Below are positions 29,344 to 40,053 of a DNA stretch of 64,000 nucleotides, piece by piece. A program made the translations under genes and the position numbers. The notes beneath the pieces were generated by a model. That model was not told the DNA's origin. It was given only the letters and a program-made list of their open reading frames with translations, and ran no database searches. The DNA is taken from contig CAZYGH010000015.1 in NCBI GenBank assembly GCA_964647595.1, forward strand, positions 1 through 64,000. Direction: 5' to 3'. The first letter of the stretch is position 1. Each line of letters starts with the position of its first letter. This DNA is from an uncultured Verrucomicrobiota bacterium (GTDB taxonomy: Bacteria; Verrucomicrobiota; Kiritimatiellia; CAIQIC01; Lenti-01).

Positions 29344-32300
29344 TTCGCTTTCACCTTGAAGAATTGCGCGTACAGAACCGGAACGACGAACAAGGTCAGC
29401 ACCGCCGCGAAGGTCAGGCCAAACATGATGACCACCGCCAGCCCCTGGAAAAACACGTCGCTCAGCAGCGGCACCAGCCCCAGCACCGTCGTCACCGCCG
29501 CCATCAGCACCGGACGCGTGCGGTCGATCGTCGACTCCACGATCGCCTCCATGCCGCCCTTGCCGCTGCGCATTTCCAGATCCATCTGGTCGATCAGCAC
29601 CACCGAATTCTTGATCAGCATTCCCGCCAAACTCAGGAATCCCAGCGTCGCCATGAAATCAAACGCCACGCCCGTGATCAGCAATCCCGCCGCCACCCCG
29701 ATGACCGCCAGCGGCACGGTCAGGAAGATGATCGCGGGCTGCCGGATCGCGTTGAACAGCATGACGATCAGCACCACCATGATCAGGAAGGTCAGCGGCA
29801 TCGTGCTGGCGATTCCCGCGTTGGCATTGTTCGAAGCCTCGTAATCCCCTCCCCATTCCAGCTTGCAGCCTTCCGGCCGGGGCAATGCTTCGATGGCCGG
29901 ACGCAATTCGTCCAACAGGACCTGGCTGGGACCGCTGGCCGGATCGCACTGCGCCGTTATGGTACGCTCGCGATCCCGACGAAGGATCAGCGGATTCTCC
30001 CACTGCGTCGTCCAGCCGCCAATGAGCTGACTCAACGGGATGTTCTCCCCCGTAAGCCGACTGGTCGCCGTGATCCAATCAAGCTGGTCGCGTTGGTCGC
30101 GTTCCTCTCCCGACAGCCGCGCCACGATCGGCAAGACGTCCTCGCCCTCGCGATACGCCCCCACCCGGCGCCCTTCCCCCGCCAGTTCCAGGGCGGCGGC
30201 CACCTCCGGCCGCGACACTCCCAATGGGGCCGCCACCTCCTCGCGCAACCTCGCCCGCGCAACCTTCACCGGCTGGCGCCAGTCGTCTTTCACGTTCACC
30301 CCCAGCGGATGGGACCGCATCAGGTCCTTGGCCTGATTGCACAAGGCACGCAGCGCAACCGAATCGTCGCCGGAAAACCGCGCCTCGATCGCGCTCCCGC
30401 CGCCGGGACCCAGCACGAATTTCCACAGCTTGGTTTGCGCATCCAGATAGTGGGCGTCCAGCTCCGCCCGCAGCCTCTCGATCAACGCGGGAATCTCCCG
30501 GTGGTCCTTCACCGTGATCAGCAATTGCGCGTAGCCGGGATTGGCATCCTCCGGCTTGTAGACCAGCATGAAGCGGATCGCCCCCCTCCCCACCCACGTG
30601 GCCACCGACTCCACCCCCTCCAGCCCCAACACGAAGGTTTCCAGCTTCTGCGTATCCGCCAAGGTCCGATCGATGTGCGTCCCCTGCGGCAGCCAGTAGT
30701 CCAACACGAACTGCGGCCTCGCCGATTGCGGGAAAAAGGCCGGCGGAACCTTGCCGAATCCGTAGAGCCCCAGAACCAGCAGCCCGGCCATCGCGGCCAT
30801 CACCGTGCCGCGCCGCCGCAGCGTCGCGTAGAGCAACCGCCGATACGCTCCGGTCAACCGCCCCTCCCCCGCCGGCGCCGCCCCCGCCTTGGGCGCCTTC
30901 AGGAAATCCACGCACAGCAACGGCGTGGCCGTCACCGCGAACAGCCAGCTCAGCAACAGCGAGATCGCGATCACCTGGAACAGCGACTTGCAATATTCGC
31001 CCGTCGAGTCCGGCGAAAACCCGATCGCCGCAAACGCCATGATGGCCACCAGCGTCGCCCCCAGCAGCGGCCAGAGGGTTTGCCCCACCACCGCCCCCGC
31101 CGCCTTCACCCGGTCTTCCCCGCGGCCAATGCGCACCAGAATCCCGTCCGTCACCACGATGGCGTTGTCCACCAGCATCCCGAGCGCCACGATCAGCGCC
31201 CCCAGCGAAATGCGCTGCAGCTCAATTCCCATCATCTGCATGAGCACGAACGTGCCCGCCACGATCAGCAGCAGCACCGCGCCGATGATGACCCCGCTGC
31301 GCCACCCCATGAACACCACCAGAACGCCCACCACGATCGCCAGCGCCTCGAACACGCTCACGACGAATCCGCTCACCGCCGCCCGCACCGTCTCCCCCTG
31401 GAACGAAATCACGTGCAGCTCCATGCCCACCGGACGCCCCGATTCCAGCTCGGCAAGCCGGGAACGCACGGCATCGCCCATCGCCACCACGTTGCCCCCC
31501 ATTTCGGTCGAAATCCCAAAGCCAATCGCGGTTTTCCCATCCACCCGCAGCACCGCCCCCGGCGGCGTCTGGTAGCCGCGCACGATCGTCGCCACGTCCC
31601 TCAGCCGCACCGTCGAATCCGCTCCCGCCAACACCAGATCCCCCAGGCGGGTCCACGAATCCGCCGCGCCGTCCAGCGCAATCCGGATCCGCTCGTCGCC
31701 CGTCTTTGCCATGCCCGCGCCCGCCACCGCGTTCTGCTGCTGCAATTGCTGGAAAACCGCATCCAGCGGAATGCCGAATTGCCCCAGCCTCGCCCGCGAC
31801 AGCTCCACGAATAGCGTCTCGGGCTGCTCGCCCCAGAACGCGATGCGGGCCACGCCGTCCACCTGCAGCAGCTCCTTGCGCAACCGCTCCGCATAATCCT
31901 GCATTTCCGCCGGACTATACCCATCCCCGGTCACCGCCATCAAAATGCCGTACTCGTCCCCAAAATCGTCGTTCACAATCGAGGGCTGCGCCCCCGGCGG
32001 AAGCTGCCCCTGCACGTCGGCTACCTTGCGGCGCACTTCGTCGTAGATTTGCGGAAGATCCGCCTTGCGGAAGGAATCCTTGAAGTCTGCCTTCACGATG
32101 GACAACCCCGCCTGCGAAACCGACATGACCTCTTTCACCTGCCACATGCTCTGCAGCGCGGACTCGATCCGATCCGTCACCTCCGCCTCGACCTCCTCCG
32201 GCGATGCGCCCGGATAGCTCGTCACCACCGGACACGTCTTGATCGCCACGGCCGGATCTTCGAACCGCCCAAGCTTCGGATACACCGCCAACCCGCCGCC

Positions 32301-32366
32301 CAAAATTAGCAGCGAAAGCAGATACGTGATCACGCGCTTCTGGATGCAGTATTCCGCCAGGGTCAT
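29340..32366 (-). CDS. RND multidrug efflux permease (AcrB/HAE1 family)
   Basis: 1008 aa with 12 TM segments and two large periplasmic loops; typical AcrB N-terminus (…FFIRRPI-like). Confidence 0.9.
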   Translation of the reverse strand: MTLAEYCIQKRVITYLLSLLILGGGLAVYPKLGRFEDPAVAIKTCPVVTSYPGASPEEVEAEVTDRIESALQSMWQVKEVMSVSQAGLSIVKADFKDSFRKADLPQIYDEVRRKVADVQGQLPPGAQPSIVNDDFGDEYGILMAVTGDGYSPAEMQDYAERLRKELLQVDGVARIAFWGEQPETLFVELSRARLGQFGIPLDAVFQQLQQQNAVAGAGMAKTGDERIRIALDGAADSWTRLGDLVLAGADSTVRLRDVATIVRGYQTPPGAVLRVDGKTAIGFGISTEMGGNVVAMGDAVRSRLAELESGRPVGMELHVISFQGETVRAAVSGFVVSVFEALAIVVGVLVVFMGWRSGVIIGAVLLLIVAGTFVLMQMMGIELQRISLGALIVALGMLVDNAIVVTDGILVRIGRGEDRVKAAGAVVGQTLWPLLGATLVAIMAFAAIGFSPDSTGEYCKSLFQVIAISLLLSWLFAVTATPLLCVDFLKAPKAGAAPAGEGRLTGAYRRLLYATLRRRGTVMAAMAGLLVLGLYGFGKVPPAFFPQSARPQFVLDYWLPQGTHIDRTLADTQKLETFVLGLEGVESVATWVGRGAIRFMLVYKPEDANPGYAQLLITVKDHREIPALIERLRAELDAHYLDAQTKLWKFVLGPGGGSAIEARFSGDDSVALRALCNQAKDLMRSHPLGVNVKDDWRQPVKVARARLREEVAAPLGVSRPEVAAALELAGEGRRVGAYREGEDVLPIVARLSGEERDQRDQLDWITATSRLTGENIPLSQLIGGWTTQWENPLILRRDRERTITAQCDPASGPSQVLLDELRPAIEALPRPEGCKLEWGGDYEASNNANAGIASTMPLTFLIMVVLIVMLFNAIRQPAIIFLTVPLAVIGVAAGLLITGVAFDFMATLGFLSLAGMLIKNSVVLIDQMDLEMRSGKGGMEAIVESTIDRTRPVLMAAVTTVLGLVPLLSDVFFQGLAVVIMFGLTFAAVLTLFVVPVLYAQFFKVKAK

Positions 32367-32370
32367 GGCC

Positions 32371-33444
32371 TTAATCCTGCCCGGACGTTTCGTAGGGCTT
32401 CACCGCCTGCCCTTCGCTCATGGTATGCACGCCCGAAACCGCCACGATATCGCCAGGAACCAGCCCGGAGAGAATCTGGATGTCGCCGCCCCGCGTTTCC
32501 CCCACTTCCACGTCTTGCCGATGAACGCGCATGGCCTCGGCATCCACCTTCCACACCGATCGCCGACGGGCATCCTCCGAAAATACCGCAACCTCCGGCA
32601 CCCAGCAATTCCTTCCGATCTCCGGAGCATCGCGAATCTCCAAATCCAGCGTGACCGACATGCCCGGCAGGATGGCCTGTCCCTCGGGTGCCCGCAGGGC
32701 GAATACCGCCGGATACGTCAGCGTGTCGGGATTGGCCTCCGTGGCGTATTCCACAACCGTGATCGGAAACGCCTGCCCCGGCAGATGCTCGAACCGAGCA
32801 TGGATCTGGGCGTTAGTGGTTTTTCCCACGCGCAAAAGGAATCGTTCCGGCAAATCGATTCGAATGCGATAGCTGGATAAATCGTGAAGGACCGCCACCG
32901 TTTGCCGGGGCTGCACAAGCTGGAACCGGTCCGCCGGCGTCGCCGCGATCCGTCCGGCAAACGGCGCCCGCAGCGCCGAAGCCTCGATGTCCTTCTCCAC
33001 CTGCTCCAGATCGGACTTGGCGGCATTGTAGTTCGCCTGCGCCCGGTCCAGATCCGCCTGCGCCACCGCCTCCCGCTCGAACAATCGCTGGAAGCGTTCG
33101 TATTGCAGCCGCGCTTCCTCGAAACGGGCGCGCCGGGCCTGCGCCGCGATTTCCAGGTTCCTCGCATCCAGGCGGGCCAGCACCTCCCCCTCCTGGACCT
33201 CCTGCCCCGGTGTCGCGTAGAGCTCCGTCAGCACGTCGCTCCGCTCAAACGACAACTCGGCCCGCCGCGCGGCCTCCACCCGGCCCGCGGCCGAGAACGA
33301 AACCACCGACACCTGCTCCGCGACCGACGCAAGTTTCACAGGCCGCGCCGCTTCTGGATCAGACGCGGGAACAACCCGGCCACACCCTCCGGCCACGGCA
33401 ATCAAGGAAACCAACAGCGGCATGCACCATCGCGCGTTTGACAT
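32371..33444 (-). CDS. RND efflux periplasmic adaptor (membrane fusion protein)
   Basis: 357 aa with a lipoprotein-like signal, coiled-coil hairpin and beta-barrel domains of the HlyD/AcrA family. Confidence 0.85.
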   Translation of the reverse strand: MSNARWCMPLLVSLIAVAGGCGRVVPASDPEAARPVKLASVAEQVSVVSFSAAGRVEAARRAELSFERSDVLTELYATPGQEVQEGEVLARLDARNLEIAAQARRARFEEARLQYERFQRLFEREAVAQADLDRAQANYNAAKSDLEQVEKDIEASALRAPFAGRIAATPADRFQLVQPRQTVAVLHDLSSYRIRIDLPERFLLRVGKTTNAQIHARFEHLPGQAFPITVVEYATEANPDTLTYPAVFALRAPEGQAILPGMSVTLDLEIRDAPEIGRNCWVPEVAVFSEDARRRSVWKVDAEAMRVHRQDVEVGETRGGDIQILSGLVPGDIVAVSGVHTMSEGQAVKPYETSGQD

Positions 33445-33500
33445 GAATCACAACTCCTACTTACTGGATCATGGTGGACATTACAGTATAAATACTGTAT

Positions 33501-34775
33501 ATGTCAAATATGCAGGATGACTTCATGACAACAATCCCTGAATCCATACATCCCACACCCTCCCGTTTCGCCTGCCGTCTTCCCAAGTTGGGCATGCTGT
33601 TGCTATCCGTGATGAACCTCTCCGCCGGCTGCGTCGGCTTGCGCCAGTACAACCGCGAGCCGAACGAATACCTCCGCACCGTCCGCAGCCCCGATTCGAA
33701 GGCCGAAGCCGACCTGTGCATCGTCGAGTTCGACGACGAAGGAGAATTCTGGGACCACCGCCAACTCGCCGCCGCGCTCAGCCTGATCCAAAAACGCAAC
33801 GCCGAATCGCCCCGCGGCATCGTCGTGCCGATCTATATCCACGGATGGAAGAACAATGCCGACTGGTCCCGCGAAGACGGCGATTTGCGCATCATCGCCG
33901 CCGACCTCGCCCTCTCCGCAAGCAAACTCGCTTCTTCGAGCCAACCCCATCCCCAACGGGTGGTCGGCATCTACATCGGCTGGCGCGGCGACACCGTCAA
34001 TGGGGGTTGGCTCAAGCAACTCACGTTCTGGAACCGCCTCATGGCCGCCGACCGCGTCGCGTCCATCAATCTCAAGGAATCCCTCGTCAAGATCATGCTC
34101 ACCGCCAAGCAGAAGCCCAACTCCAAGGTCATCATGTACGGCCACTCCATGGGCGGGCGCATCCTCTTCAACGCCATGTCCACCTCGCTCGTCAACATGT
34201 CCATCAACCCCAATTCCGATAGCCAGGTCCTGCCCGTCGACCTCGTCCTCATGGCCAATCCTGCCGTGCGCGCCGTCGATGTCGCCCGCTTCGTCGATTT
34301 GCTGAAGCGCTACCGCGTCGCGCTCATGGTGAAAGGACCCGACGGCTCGGATGTTCCCGCCCATGGCCCCCTGATCGCCTCGATCACCTCCGAGGCCGAC
34401 ACCGCCACATCCCGCGCCTTCCCCTTCGGCCAAAGCCTTGTCCGGCCCTTCCGGGCCTATCGGGAGGATTCCCCGCCCGGCCGCCCCTCCCAAGGCTATC
34501 TGGCGGCTCATACCGACGGCCACACCGATCTGCTCCTCAGCCATCGCGCCACCCTCGTCGACGGCAAAGTGGAACTCACCCCCGTGCCGGACCGTTACAA
34601 CGACACCCCCTACTGGGTCATCCGCGTGCCCAAGGAAATCTGCCGCAATCACGGCGACATCGCCAACCCGCGCATGAACGAGCTGGTGGAAATGCTCCTC
34701 CACATGCGCGATGCCTATACCTCCACAAATTGGCCACGCCTCAAAACAGATCCCTTCCCCGACCCGCCCCCTTAA
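33501..34775 (+). CDS. Alpha/beta-hydrolase lipoprotein (esterase/lipase-like, GHSMG nucleophile elbow)
   Basis: Lipobox LSAGC and GxSxG motif YGHSMGG. No closer family was recognised. Confidence 0.55.
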   Translation: MSNMQDDFMTTIPESIHPTPSRFACRLPKLGMLLLSVMNLSAGCVGLRQYNREPNEYLRTVRSPDSKAEADLCIVEFDDEGEFWDHRQLAAALSLIQKRNAESPRGIVVPIYIHGWKNNADWSREDGDLRIIAADLALSASKLASSSQPHPQRVVGIYIGWRGDTVNGGWLKQLTFWNRLMAADRVASINLKESLVKIMLTAKQKPNSKVIMYGHSMGGRILFNAMSTSLVNMSINPNSDSQVLPVDLVLMANPAVRAVDVARFVDLLKRYRVALMVKGPDGSDVPAHGPLIASITSEADTATSRAFPFGQSLVRPFRAYREDSPPGRPSQGYLAAHTDGHTDLLLSHRATLVDGKVELTPVPDRYNDTPYWVIRVPKEICRNHGDIANPRMNELVEMLLHMRDAYTSTNWPRLKTDPFPDPPP

Positions 34776-34870
34776 ACAAAAGTTTTGCAAGAGGCGCGTT
34801 CGATGTGCCCGTTCCGTTTTCCGGCTTCCTCGTCTTCGGCTGTTTTCATGAGTTCATGAGTTCGGTGGGC

Positions 34871-36604
34871 TCACTTCTTCGGCGCCAGCGCCTGCCCCGC
34901 GCCCAAATCTGAAAGCCCCGCCTTCTCCAAATCGGTCCACAGGGTGCCCGGCCCCGCGTGCAAGATGTTGATCTTGAGATCGTCGCCCAACGTCGATGCC
35001 AACGTCCACAAATTATACGCTTCGGCATCGCCAAAGGCCTTCACCTTCAACTGCAATCCCTTCGCCCGCTCACCCTCCACCAAACTCACCACCTGCGCAT
35101 CGGCCGTGCCCAGCGTGGTGATGCGTTCGGCATTCACCCCTGCCGTTTGCTTTTCAATTTCCGCCGCCTGCCGCATCGTGTCGCCCTGAATCTCGGCCAC
35201 TTGTTTTTCTTCATCCGCCTTGATGATGGCCTTGATCTTTTCTGTCTCCTGCGCGACCTGCTCGCGACGCTGCCCAATCAAGCTCAATTCCGTATTCAGT
35301 TCGGCCTGCTTCTTGGCCGTGTTTTGTTTCTCTTGGTTCGTCAGATTCTGCTCCTGCGCCAAACTGGCCTGCTGAATCGGATCCAAAATCTGCTCCGGCA
35401 CGTTCACATGCCGAATCAGCGCATTATGAATGCGAATTCGCTTCTCGCTCAGCGTCACCGCCAGCGAATCCGTCAACTCGTTCTGAAACTTCTCGCGGCC
35501 TTCGCCCACAATGAAGTCCTTCGCCCCATACGCCGAACCTTTCAGCCGCGACACCGACAAAATTTGCGGCATGATCACTTTGTCCACCGCCGCCGGCAAA
35601 TCGCCATAGGTCCGGAACAGCCAAGCCACATCTTTCGGCAACAACTCAAACTCCACTGTCATGTCCAAGCTGATTTCAAACCCGTCGCGCGATGGAAATT
35701 CAACAAATTGATTCAGCACAAACGACAGCGAGGCTGGCGCAGGGGCCGGTGCGACATCCATCATCTCCATCGCCTTGTCTTTCTTTCCCCCTACGCTCTT
35801 GGTGGCAGTCGCCACTTGGGACGCCGGAGCCAACCGCCCCAACCGCATTCCCGAACTGGACTCCGACCGCATATAATCCGCCCGCTTCTCCTGCTGTTCC
35901 TGAATCACATTCAACTGCAAGCGATCCATCGCCGCATTTTGCGAGGCCATCAGATTTTTGGTGATCACCGCGCCGCCGCCCTTGCCCAGGAGCGACACCT
36001 GATTCACACCAATTTCCAGCACATCCACTTTGTATTCCCGCGGGTTCACATAATATAACCCCGGCTGGAGCACATCGCTCCTCACTCCCTTTTCTCCGCT
36101 CTTCGCAAATTGGCTTGGCTCTGTCTGCGTTCCGGATAGCGACGTAATCACCCCGTCATATCCAATCGGAATGCCAATCGCATCCACAATGTCAATTTGG
36201 TAGCCCACCGGATTCATGCGATATTTTCCCGGACCCAACACATTCCGCCAAATGCCTTTTTGACCGCGCTTGGCCAAAAAATCTCCCTCGGGCAACTCCT
36301 CGCCGACCTTCGAAGTCACGATGCCCACCTTGCCCGGCGGAATCGAAACCACCGGACGAATCTCGCGCTCATAGAACCACGGATTCAGGAAGTGCCGCCC
36401 CTCGCCCAGCACCTCTTCCTGAATACCCTGCTGCCCCTTCTGCGCCAGAATTTGTCCGGGTGGCAGTTCTTTTCCCATTTTGGAGGTAATCACGGCCATC
36501 TGGTCGGGCCCCACATAGAATCGGCAAAAGCCCCACTGCCACAGCAACCACACACCCAAAACCGCCGCCACCACCGTCAATCCCATCTTTACTGTGCTTT
36601 TCAT
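34871..36604 (-). CDS. SPFH/band-7 domain membrane protein with about 4 N-terminal G-x-LPxGQIL…KGI…VL-PG-Y-NP repeats and a long coiled-coil tail
   Basis: 577 aa. N-terminal TM segment, then four ~45-aa repeats, then the SPFH core (…DMTVEFELLPKDVAWLFRTYG…). Confidence 0.65.
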   Translation of the reverse strand: MKSTVKMGLTVVAAVLGVWLLWQWGFCRFYVGPDQMAVITSKMGKELPPGQILAQKGQQGIQEEVLGEGRHFLNPWFYEREIRPVVSIPPGKVGIVTSKVGEELPEGDFLAKRGQKGIWRNVLGPGKYRMNPVGYQIDIVDAIGIPIGYDGVITSLSGTQTEPSQFAKSGEKGVRSDVLQPGLYYVNPREYKVDVLEIGVNQVSLLGKGGGAVITKNLMASQNAAMDRLQLNVIQEQQEKRADYMRSESSSGMRLGRLAPASQVATATKSVGGKKDKAMEMMDVAPAPAPASLSFVLNQFVEFPSRDGFEISLDMTVEFELLPKDVAWLFRTYGDLPAAVDKVIMPQILSVSRLKGSAYGAKDFIVGEGREKFQNELTDSLAVTLSEKRIRIHNALIRHVNVPEQILDPIQQASLAQEQNLTNQEKQNTAKKQAELNTELSLIGQRREQVAQETEKIKAIIKADEEKQVAEIQGDTMRQAAEIEKQTAGVNAERITTLGTADAQVVSLVEGERAKGLQLKVKAFGDAEAYNLWTLASTLGDDLKINILHAGPGTLWTDLEKAGLSDLGAGQALAPKK

Positions 36605-38160
36605 TGGGCACCGCCTTTCGCCGCCGCCGGTACATACCCTTGCAGCAATTCTCCCAGCCCTCCGCCTTGATCGCCGCTCAAAATCGAACGAATCTTCGGC
36701 CCGATGCGCCCATAGAACGCATAGCGCGCCAGATTGATTCCCGTACCAAACGCCTTCACCTGATTCTCCATCACGCCCGCCTCCGCCTCGTTGCGCATGC
36801 GAATCACATTCCCCTCCGCCGTCGCCTGCAACAACTTAGCCTCTGCCTGCGCCTTTGCCGCCGCATTTTCGAGCTTGGCCACTTCCAAATCCCGATTCGC
36901 CCGCGTCAGCTTCACTTCTCGTCCCTGCTCCGCCTCAATCACCGAACGAATCCGCCGCGTATCCGCCTCCACCTTCTCCTTGTTCTGCACCGCCAGCATC
37001 TCTTGCTTCACCAGCTCGGCCTCCGACTTCGCCTGCTCAATCTGCTGCCCATATTTATTCGCATCCTGCACCGCCACTTCGCGGTCGCGAATGATGCTGG
37101 CAATCGCATCCGGCGGCGTAATGTTGCGAATCAACACCGACTTGATGTCCACCCCCCACGTCTTGCACTGCGCAATCAAATGCGCCTCCAAATTGTCTTG
37201 GAACTTCTGCCTCGTCGCACCCGCAATATAATTTTTTGCCGGATTCTTGCTACCCTCAATACGGCTAAACCCACGCGCCTTCGGTAGCACAATCTTCTTG
37301 AGAATGTCGTCCATGTCGCCCACCTGATGTGTCAGCAACGCCGCCTTATCTCTCCACAACGCGTATTCAATCGTCCCCTCCACATTCACTGTGAATCCGT
37401 CCAACGTCAAAAAGTTGATCGCATCCTCGCCGCTCATCTCAAACCTCTGGCTCTGCAAATTCACCTCCGTCACAATCACCATGTACGGATTCAAATAATA
37501 CGTTCCCGCATCAAGAATTTCCGGCTTCACGCCCTTCATTCCCTCTTTCACCAAAAACGTGTTGCGATCCGCTTCCGAAACCTCGCCATTCAACACATCC
37601 AGCCCCGTCAGCACCGTCACCACGCCGCCAAATCCAGGCCGAATCGTAATCGCATCCGGTAGCGGCTGCTGTACGCTATACGCAAACGGATTGATGCGGT
37701 ATTTTCCCGGCCGCAACACCTCCGGCACGATCCCCTTGTAGCCCTCCGTTGCCAGAATTTGTCCGCCCGGCAACTCATTGCCATACAGCCGCGTCAGCAC
37801 CCCCAGCTTGCCCGCCGGAATGTCCGTAATCTGACGAATCTGCCAACCCCAGTGATACGGATTCCGGAAATAGCGCCCTTCCGCAAGCACATCCAGTTGA
37901 ATCCCCTTCTGCCCTTCCTCCAGCGCCAGAATCTGCCCAGATGGCAAGTCTTTTCCCGTCTTGCGAATCAGCACCGCAATCTCGCCCGGCCCCGGCTCGA
38001 TCCGGCAGAAAAACCAAAACCAAATCGGCAAAAACAGCACCGCTGCCAAAATCAGCAACGGCGTCAACAGCACCTTCAGGCCCGGCCCACTGGGGGCCAC
38101 CGGCTTGCGCGAGCGGTACGTTGTGGGCATCGGGGGCGGAGTGAATTCTTTCTCTTCCAT
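36601..38160 (-). CDS. SPFH/band-7 domain membrane protein (paralog of the downstream gene) with the same 4x N-terminal repeat
   Basis: 519 aa with the same repeat module (GKDLPSGQILALEEGQKGIQLDVLAEGRYFRNP…) repeated about 4 times before the SPFH core. It overlaps the next gene by 4 bp. Confidence 0.7.
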   Translation of the reverse strand: MEEKEFTPPPMPTTYRSRKPVAPSGPGLKVLLTPLLILAAVLFLPIWFWFFCRIEPGPGEIAVLIRKTGKDLPSGQILALEEGQKGIQLDVLAEGRYFRNPYHWGWQIRQITDIPAGKLGVLTRLYGNELPGGQILATEGYKGIVPEVLRPGKYRINPFAYSVQQPLPDAITIRPGFGGVVTVLTGLDVLNGEVSEADRNTFLVKEGMKGVKPEILDAGTYYLNPYMVIVTEVNLQSQRFEMSGEDAINFLTLDGFTVNVEGTIEYALWRDKAALLTHQVGDMDDILKKIVLPKARGFSRIEGSKNPAKNYIAGATRQKFQDNLEAHLIAQCKTWGVDIKSVLIRNITPPDAIASIIRDREVAVQDANKYGQQIEQAKSEAELVKQEMLAVQNKEKVEADTRRIRSVIEAEQGREVKLTRANRDLEVAKLENAAAKAQAEAKLLQATAEGNVIRMRNEAEAGVMENQVKAFGTGINLARYAFYGRIGPKIRSILSGDQGGGLGELLQGYVPAAAKGGAQ

Positions 38161-38249
38161 GGTCGCTTCTCCTCATCCGTTCCGCCTGCGCGGAACCCTT
38201 GCTAAAAAAACCGGCCCACGCGAGGCCGGTTCATCCTGTTTCAAATGGT

Positions 38250-38660
38250 CTATCGAATCAGCAAATCCGGCGGCGGCCGCGTATCCCGCCCCGGCACCAC
38301 AATCTGCGAAGCCCGCTCCCGTTGCATCGCCTCCATCTCCGCCCGCAACGTCGCTATGGCCTTCTTGATCGCCGTCGGGAAACCCGCCACCGCATCTGCC
38401 AGCGACTGTGCCCCCTCCACCTCTCCACTCAGCGGCAACACGCCCCCCGGCGTCATCACCTGCGTCGCCACCGTATAAATGGCCTGCCGCGTCGGATCCT
38501 CCACCCCAGCCGCCGTCACCGGCACCAACTTACGCAACGTCCCCGCCTTCAAATCCGTATACGATTCCTCGCGATACAAATTCGCTCCATCCATCAAAAT
38601 GTCACTGCCTGCCTGATCTGCCATGATCGTCTCCTTGAGTGCCCATCGTTGCTTTTGCAA
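38250..38660 (-). CDS. Hypothetical soluble protein between the sigma-factor gene and the SPFH pair
   Basis: 136-aa ORF with no TM segment and no recognised domain; the true start may be MADQAG at 38624. Confidence 0.4.
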   Translation of the reverse strand: MQKQRWALKETIMADQAGSDILMDGANLYREESYTDLKAGTLRKLVPVTAAGVEDPTRQAIYTVATQVMTPGGVLPLSGEVEGAQSLADAVAGFPTAIKKAIATLRAEMEAMQRERASQIVVPGRDTRPPPDLLIR

Positions 38661-38693
38661 GCCCGACCTGCCTTGCCGTCGGACGCCTGCCTA

Positions 38694-39524
38694 TCAATCC
38701 TTTAACATCAATTCCCTCAGCGACTCCAGCGCCTGATTCTGCAACTGGCGCACACGTTCCCGCGTCACGCCCAGTCGCACCCCCACTTCCTCCAGCGATT
38801 CCGCCTCCACCCCATCCAACCCGAAACGCCGCTTCAAAATCAGTTGCTCGCGAGCGCTCAGCGACTTCATATACACCGCCATCTCTTCCAGCAACTGATG
38901 ATCGTTCAAATCATCAAATGGCGATTTGGCATCCACATCGCTCAACGTGTCGCCCAAATTCTCCCGCCCATCCTCGCCCAACGGCACATCCAATGAACTC
39001 GGCCGCTGCGACACCTCCAACCAATAGCGCACCGTCTTCTCTGGCACATCCAGCCGAATCGAAAGCTCCAACGCCGATGGAACTCGCCCCAACTCGTGCG
39101 ACATCGTCTCCTGCATCCGCCGCATCCGAAACAACTTGTCCACCATGTGCGACGGCAACCGAATCGTCTTGCCCTGGTTCGCCAGCGCCCGCCGGATCCC
39201 CTGCTTGATCCACCACGCCGCATACGTACTCAGCTTGCCACCCTTTTTGGGGTCAAACCGCTCCACGGCCTTCATCAGCCCCATGTTCCCCTCGGAAATC
39301 AAATCCAACAACGGCAACCCCAACCGCGCATAATCCCCCGCAATCTTCACCACCAAACGCAAATTCGCCCGAATCATTTGGTGCCGCGCCGCCTCGTCCC
39401 CCTTCTTGATCCGCTTCGCCAGCTTGATCTCCTCCTCCGGGGTCAACAATTCCACCTGCCCGATTTCCTTCAGGTAGATCCGCATTCCTTGGTCGTCGCG
39501 TTCGTCCATGGCCCTATACTCCAA
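38694..39524 (-). CDS. RNA polymerase sigma factor, sigma-70 family (group-2/RpoS-like, lacks region 1.1)
   Basis: Region 2 ([54 protein letters not shown]), region 3 and region 4 HTH ([22 protein letters not shown]). Confidence 0.85.
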   Translation of the reverse strand: MEYRAMDERDDQGMRIYLKEIGQVELLTPEEEIKLAKRIKKGDEAARHQMIRANLRLVVKIAGDYARLGLPLLDLISEGNMGLMKAVERFDPKKGGKLSTYAAWWIKQGIRRALANQGKTIRLPSHMVDKLFRMRRMQETMSHELGRVPSALELSIRLDVPEKTVRYWLEVSQRPSSLDVPLGEDGRENLGDTLSDVDAKSPFDDLNDHQLLEEMAVYMKSLSAREQLILKRRFGLDGVEAESLEEVGVRLGVTRERVRQLQNQALESLRELMLKD

Positions 39525-39606
39525 AACTTACGCAAAAATTGCAAGCATCCGCACTACCCCAATTCCAAACACCCCCCGCCTCACATGTACTCCCCCTCTA
39601 CGCCGA

Positions 39607-39831
39607 TCAGGTCTTCTCCCGGAACGTGATGCGGCCCTTCGTCAAATCAGTTGGACTAATCTCCACCGTGACTTTATCGCCCGTGGTGATTTTGATGAAA
39701 TGCCGTCGCATCTTACCCGAAATGTGCCCGAGAATCTCGTGCCCATTGGTCAGTTTTACGCGGTACATCGTAGCAGGTAATACTTTGATTACCTCGCCAT
39801 TCACTGTGATCAGATCCGTTTCTTTCGCCAT
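39607..39831 (-). CDS. infA: Translation initiation factor IF-1
   Basis: 74 aa; [42 protein letters not shown] is the canonical S1-like IF-1 sequence. Confidence 0.92.
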   Translation of the reverse strand: MAKETDLITVNGEVIKVLPATMYRVKLTNGHEILGHISGKMRRHFIKITTGDKVTVEISPTDLTKGRITFREKT

Positions 39832-39953
39832 AACTACTGCATCGCTCCTTTTCCCACAATCTTTGAAAGTAGCAGGTTCCTCCCGCCATATGCAATCCTA
39901 TAGAAAAAGGGCGTGCATCCGGAATTCTTGGACCGCCCCGGTTCAACCTTCGG

Positions 39954-40053
39954 CTATATAAACAAGGTCGGCCCGCTTTCCTTGGCCCGTGCGATGAATG
40001 TCGCCACGCCCGCCACCTCGTCAACATCGATCAGCTCCTCGCGCGTGAGGCCC
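39954..40053 (-). pseudogene. Orphan 3' fragment (last ~33 codons plus 26 bp of downstream sequence) duplicating the end of the CoADR-rhodanese-TusA-DsrE gene at 47726
   Basis: 39929-40053 is near-identical to 47700-47825. It encodes …GLTREELIDVDEVAGVATFIARAKESGPTLFI* and is truncated 15 bp before the IS left inverted repeat. Confidence 0.65.

Noticed and set aside
29364-31814. 816-aa Arg/His/Gln-rich plus-strand ORF
   Set aside because: Antisense to the RND permease; composition is dominated by R/H/Q/P as expected for a GC-rich reverse frame.
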